Shown: positions 60,977 through 64,000 of the stretch, in pieces | Numbering within the stretch: the stretch's first letter is position 1 | How the letters are laid out: every line of letters begins with the position of its first letter | DNA from: Candidatus Enterosoma merdigallinarum | GTDB taxonomy: Bacteria; Bacillota_I; Bacilli_A; RFN20; CAG-288 | Direction of reading: 5' to 3' | Assembly: GCA_018714385.1 (NCBI GenBank) | Contig: DVNL01000007.1 | Span: forward strand, 93,657 to 157,656 | Length of the DNA stretch: 64,000 bases | Program-made: the position numbers and the translations under genes | Notes under the pieces: generated by a model | Seen by the model: only the letters and a program-made list of their open reading frames with translations | Databases searched by the model: none | What the model was told of the DNA's origin: nothing

Positions 60977-61018
60977 AGTTGATTGGAGGGGGTCTTTTGG
61001 CCTATCATATTTTCCCGT

Positions 61019-61423
61019 ATGAATATACTTTTCTTTCTGTTGCCGAAGAGCCAAGTCGCCTACGTTCAGGATAATTTCACTCTCCGTCAGACAGTGGAGA
61101 AACTGCGCTTCCACCACTATACGGCCATTCCTCTGCTCGACCGGGAGGGGAAGTATCTGAAAACGATCTCCGAGGGAGACATCCTTTGGTATCTGAAGGA
61201 CCATGACGGATTGAATTTCAAGACCGCGGAAGATGTCCCGATTTTGGATGTCCCGATCGAGAGAGACATTCGTCCGATCCATTCCGTCGCGAAGATGGAA
61301 GATCTTTACGCCTTGGCGATGAGTCAGAACTTCGTCCCTGTCGTCGATGACAAGGGGGTTTTCATCGGCATCATCACCCGTCAACAGATCCTGAAGTATT
61401 ATTTCTATAGCAATCGAGAATAG
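61019..61423 (+). CDS. CBS-domain pair protein
   Basis: Two CBS motifs (YTAIPLLDREGKYLKTISEGDIL; FVPVVDDKGVFIGIITRQQIL). Start taken at ATG 61019 (MNILFF). No SD visible. Confidence 0.8.
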   Translation: MNILFFLLPKSQVAYVQDNFTLRQTVEKLRFHHYTAIPLLDREGKYLKTISEGDILWYLKDHDGLNFKTAEDVPILDVPIERDIRPIHSVAKMEDLYALAMSQNFVPVVDDKGVFIGIITRQQILKYYFYSNRE

Positions 61424-61435
61424 GAGGAAGCGCAG

Positions 61436-63043
61436 ATGGAGAAGTATGTTTTCGTTACGGGCGGCGTCATTTCCGGATTGGGCAAAGGCATCACCGCGGC
61501 CTCCCTCGGCCGTCTTCTCAAGGCGCGAGGATACAAGGTCACCATGCAGAAGTTCGATCCTTATCTCAACGTCGATCCTGGAACCATGTCTCCAATCCAG
61601 CATGGTGAAGTCTTCGTCACGGACGATGGGACGGAAACGGACCTTGATTTGGGACATTATGAACGTTTCATCGATGAGAACCTTGACAAGAACTCCAATG
61701 TCACGACAGGCAAGATTTACGAGGAAGTTCTCGCCAAGGAAAGACATGGCGATTATGGCGGAGGCACTGTCCAAGTCATCCCGCACGTCACCAACACGAT
61801 CAAAAGCAAATTCCACCGGAATTACAAGGCCGATGAGACGGAAATCACCATTGTTGAAATCGGAGGAACGATCGGCGATATTGAATCACAGCCTTTCTTT
61901 GAAGCCATCCGTCAATTCCGCTATGAAATCGGCGTCGATAACTGCTGCATCGTCATGGTCTCTCTCATCCCTTATCTCAAGGCCAGCCAGGAGCTGAAGA
62001 CGAAGCCGACGCAGATGGCCGTCAAGTCGCTTCAATCCATGGGACTTCAGCCGGACATCATCGTCTGCCGCTCCGAATACCCCATCCCCAAGGGCGTCAT
62101 GGACAAGATCTCTCTCTTCTGTAACGTTCCCACCAATCACGTCCTTCCCAATCTCGACGTCGAGACAGTCTATGAGCTTCCTCTCATGCTCGAGAACGAA
62201 AACCTCGCCCAAGCCGTCGGGGAATCTCTCCATCTGCCGATGCCCGAGCCTGACCTTGCCGGATGGAAGCGCATGGTCGATCGCATCAAGACATCCAAGA
62301 AAGAAGTCAAGATCGCCCTCGTCGGCAAATATACCGCGCTTCACGATGCCTATATCTCTGTCAACGAAGCCTTGAAGGCTGCCGGCTTCCATAGCCGCAA
62401 CAAAGTCGACATCCAGTGGATCGAGGCGGAGGACGTCACGCCCGAGACGGTCGATTCTCTTCTTTCGTCCGCCGATGGCCTTATTGTCCCTGGTGGCTTC
62501 GGGAATCGAGGCATACCCGGCATGATCGAAGCTATCCGCTACGCCAGAACGCATGCCCTTCCGTTCCTCGGCATCTGTCTTGGCCTTCAGACCGCGATCA
62601 TCGAATTCTCCCGCGACGTTTTGGGGTTCGAAGATGCCGATTCCACGGAATTCAATCCTGCCACGATGCATCCGGTCATCCATCTGATGCCGGAGCAGAA
62701 CGCCGTCGAAAATCTCGGCGGGACGATGCGTCTGGGCTCCTATCCTTGCGTCCTTGAGACGGATTCCAAGGCCTACAAGCTCTACGGCGCCAAGAAGATA
62801 AACGAAAGGCATCGCCATCGTTACGAGGTCAACAACGATTATCGCAACGCCCTTCTCGATAAGGGCCTCAGACCTGTCGGATTCTCTCCTGATGGGCGGA
62901 TCGTCGAGATGGTCGAGATTCCGACCCATCCCTTCTTTGTCGCCACGCAGGCCCATCCCGAGTTCAAGTCGAGGCCGGACAGGCCGCATCCCCTCTTCCG
63001 CGGTTTCGTCGATGCGTGCGTCCGCCATCGCGACGAGAAGTAA
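61436..63043 (+). CDS. pyrG: CTP synthase
   Basis: MEKYVFVTGGVISGLGKGI, the GTIGDIES region, and a GATase domain (GICLGLQ, HRHRYEVN). Confidence 0.97.
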   Translation: MEKYVFVTGGVISGLGKGITAASLGRLLKARGYKVTMQKFDPYLNVDPGTMSPIQHGEVFVTDDGTETDLDLGHYERFIDENLDKNSNVTTGKIYEEVLAKERHGDYGGGTVQVIPHVTNTIKSKFHRNYKADETEITIVEIGGTIGDIESQPFFEAIRQFRYEIGVDNCCIVMVSLIPYLKASQELKTKPTQMAVKSLQSMGLQPDIIVCRSEYPIPKGVMDKISLFCNVPTNHVLPNLDVETVYELPLMLENENLAQAVGESLHLPMPEPDLAGWKRMVDRIKTSKKEVKIALVGKYTALHDAYISVNEALKAAGFHSRNKVDIQWIEAEDVTPETVDSLLSSADGLIVPGGFGNRGIPGMIEAIRYARTHALPFLGICLGLQTAIIEFSRDVLGFEDADSTEFNPATMHPVIHLMPEQNAVENLGGTMRLGSYPCVLETDSKAYKLYGAKKINERHRHRYEVNNDYRNALLDKGLRPVGFSPDGRIVEMVEIPTHPFFVATQAHPEFKSRPDRPHPLFRGFVDACVRHRDEK

Positions 63044-63062
63044 AGCGAGAAAGTGATTTCTC

Positions 63063-63092
63063 GGGCACCCGACTCGGGTGCCTTTTTGTTTT
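63063..63092 (+). terminator. Terminator after pyrG
   Basis: GGGCACCC gactc GGGTGCC followed by TTTTTGTTTTGTT. Confidence 0.8.
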
Positions 63093-63253
63093 GTTAAAAT
63101 CGGCCGGTTTGTCAAAGAAGATTTTTAAGAGTTTTGAAAAGAAACCATAAGGAAAATACCCAATTATCGCAAATACATAATAATAAATAGTCTATTGATC
63201 GGAAGGTTTGGAAAAATGTCGCAAAACAAAATGTAAGGGCTTTTATGAAAATC

Positions 63254-63282
63254 TTGAAAGCCTTTCTTTTTGTTGTTATTCT
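63254..63282 (+). promoter_or_regulatory. Candidate promoter of the GH3 gene
   Basis: TTGAAA (63254-63259), 17-nt spacer, TATTCT (63277-63282). Confidence 0.35.
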
Positions 63283-63314
63283 GTTGGCAGAATTCTGAAT
63301 CACAGGAGGTCATC

Positions 63315-64000
63315 ATGACTAGAAAACGCAGAATTTCGACACGTTCTCTCTTCACCCTTTCTGCGGCTGCGATTCTCTCTCTTGCTTGCCTGGCATCGAC
63401 TCAGGCAACAGTGCGGGGGGGGTTGATGTAGCCACAAAAAGGCTTCTCGCCAATCAGACCTATTCTTCTGACTATTCTTCCAAGCAGGAGGCTATGGAAG
63501 CAGGACTTGCCATCAACGAGCAGATTGCCGAAGAGGGCATGGTCCTTCTGAAAAACGAGAGAAACACCCTTCCGTTGACGACGCGTTCGGGAAGCGAGGC
63601 GACCAGGGTCACCCTGTTTGGCTATGCTTCTTATGCTCCTCAAGGCGGTGCCGAGGGCGGTGGCGACAGCTCCGCAGGTACCGTCCATTTGACGTCCGAC
63701 ATTTATTCCAGTCTCCGTAGCGCCGGCTATGTGACGAACCCGGCCGTTCGTGCCTTCTATGAGGAGAAGACGGCGGAAGGCGCCGCCCAGGAGACTCCGA
63801 CGACTCCCACGGATTTCACGACGGTCGATGAACTAATCAAGGACACTTCCATCACCGGCACTTACAACAACTACGGCGATGCCGCCATCGTCGTCTTTTC
63901 CATCGGCAATGTCGCCGATACCAGCATTCAGCACAAGTATCAGCTCGACTCCAAGCAGATGGCTCTTCTCAAGCACGCCGAGGACAATTTCGACAAGGTC
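63315..64000 (+). pseudogene. Secreted or lipoprotein GH3-family glycoside hydrolase, frame interrupted at a G8 tract (5' part; runs off the window)
   Basis: AGGAGG-ATG 63315 opens the signal peptide MTRKRRISTRSLFTLSAAAILSLACLASTQATVRGGLM*, with its stop at 63429-63431. From the G tract a different frame is open to 64000 (VDVATKRLLANQ...AINEQIAEEGMVLLKNERNTLPL...RVTLFGY). This looks like GH3, but it has no start codon of its own. Confidence 0.6.
63415..63422 (+). repeat. Homopolymeric G8 tract at the signal-peptide/mature-domain junction of the GH3 gene
   Basis: Counted directly: g63415-g63422. G9 or G6 would put both halves in one frame. Confidence 0.95.

Noticed and set aside
60692-61018. 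SRP (scRNA/4.5S) RNA gene expected upstream of dnaX.
   Set aside because: Neither strand contains the conserved domain IV sequence (GGAA/GNRA tetraloop flanked by CAGG…AAGCAGC) or a long hairpin. The superficially similar string CCAGGGGGAAGAGGAGGCGGC (60812-60832) does not fold appropriately. Kept only as an open question in findings.
63112-63355. Minus-strand ORFs 63112-63303 and 63164-63355 (63 aa each) between pyrG and the GH3 gene.
   Set aside because: AT-rich promoter region. The ORFs overlap each other and the GH3 SD and start, with no SD and no motif.
1-64000. CRISPR arrays, tRNA/rRNA genes, IS elements, prophage or integrase genes, and the Mycoplasma genetic code (TGA = Trp).
   Set aside because: I saw no regularly spaced direct repeats and no T-loop-like GGTTCGAATCC in any spacer of 70 nt or more. 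No transposase or integrase-like ORFs or terminal inverted repeats are present. TGA terminates many conserved genes at the expected length (rimM, galK, ftsK, the M6 lipoprotein), so table 11 applies.

Overview
The window is a 64-kb chromosomal segment of a Bacillota (Firmicutes)-type genome. GC is about 50% by eye. TGA is used as a stop, so translation table 11, not the Mycoplasma code. SD sequences are GGAGG-like and gene neighbourhoods resemble Bacillus. All calls come from reading the supplied ORF translations and the DNA; no database search was run.

I call 57 intact protein genes plus one frame-broken gene. I saw no rRNA, tRNA, CRISPR array, transposase or integrase.

Most of the window is tightly packed housekeeping:
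- asnS-tsaD-rimI-tsaB-tsaE, and yhaM-recX
- a GT4 glycosyltransferase with an MprF-like flippase-domain protein
- gltX and galKT
- an ftsK-to-plsC chain of six genes joined by ATGA overlaps (two HxxEH-less M16 homologues, acpS, a signal-peptide-less pullulanase, plsC)
- rplS, and rpsP-khpA-rimM-trmD
- recG-plsX-rnc-ftsY-ylxM-ffh, and rpmE
- dnaX-ybaB-recR-tmk-holB-ricT-rsmI, and pyrG

Accessory content sits mainly at 28.4-45.2 kb.
- Best candidate for an undescribed system: a six-gene lipoprotein island wedged between rplS and rpsP. It holds an M6/InhA-like metalloprotease, a full-length paralogue with the HExxH motif destroyed, three tandem paralogous lipoproteins of unknown family, and an Ig-like Ser/Pro-rich lipoprotein.
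- A tandem pair of fused ATPase-FtsX (MacB-like, type VII) ABC proteins with about 270-aa extracytoplasmic domains.

Other points worth a second look:
- a G8 tract that separates the signal peptide from the body of a GH3 hydrolase (candidate phase switch)
- a stand-alone 98-aa protein carrying an NrdD-type glycyl-radical C-terminus
- a 14-nt motif shared by the galK and GH3 upstream regions
- several apparently leaderless genes (extended -10, then 7-9 nt, then ATG)
- an unexplained 327-bp spacer upstream of dnaX, where an SRP RNA would be expected by synteny but could not be recognised
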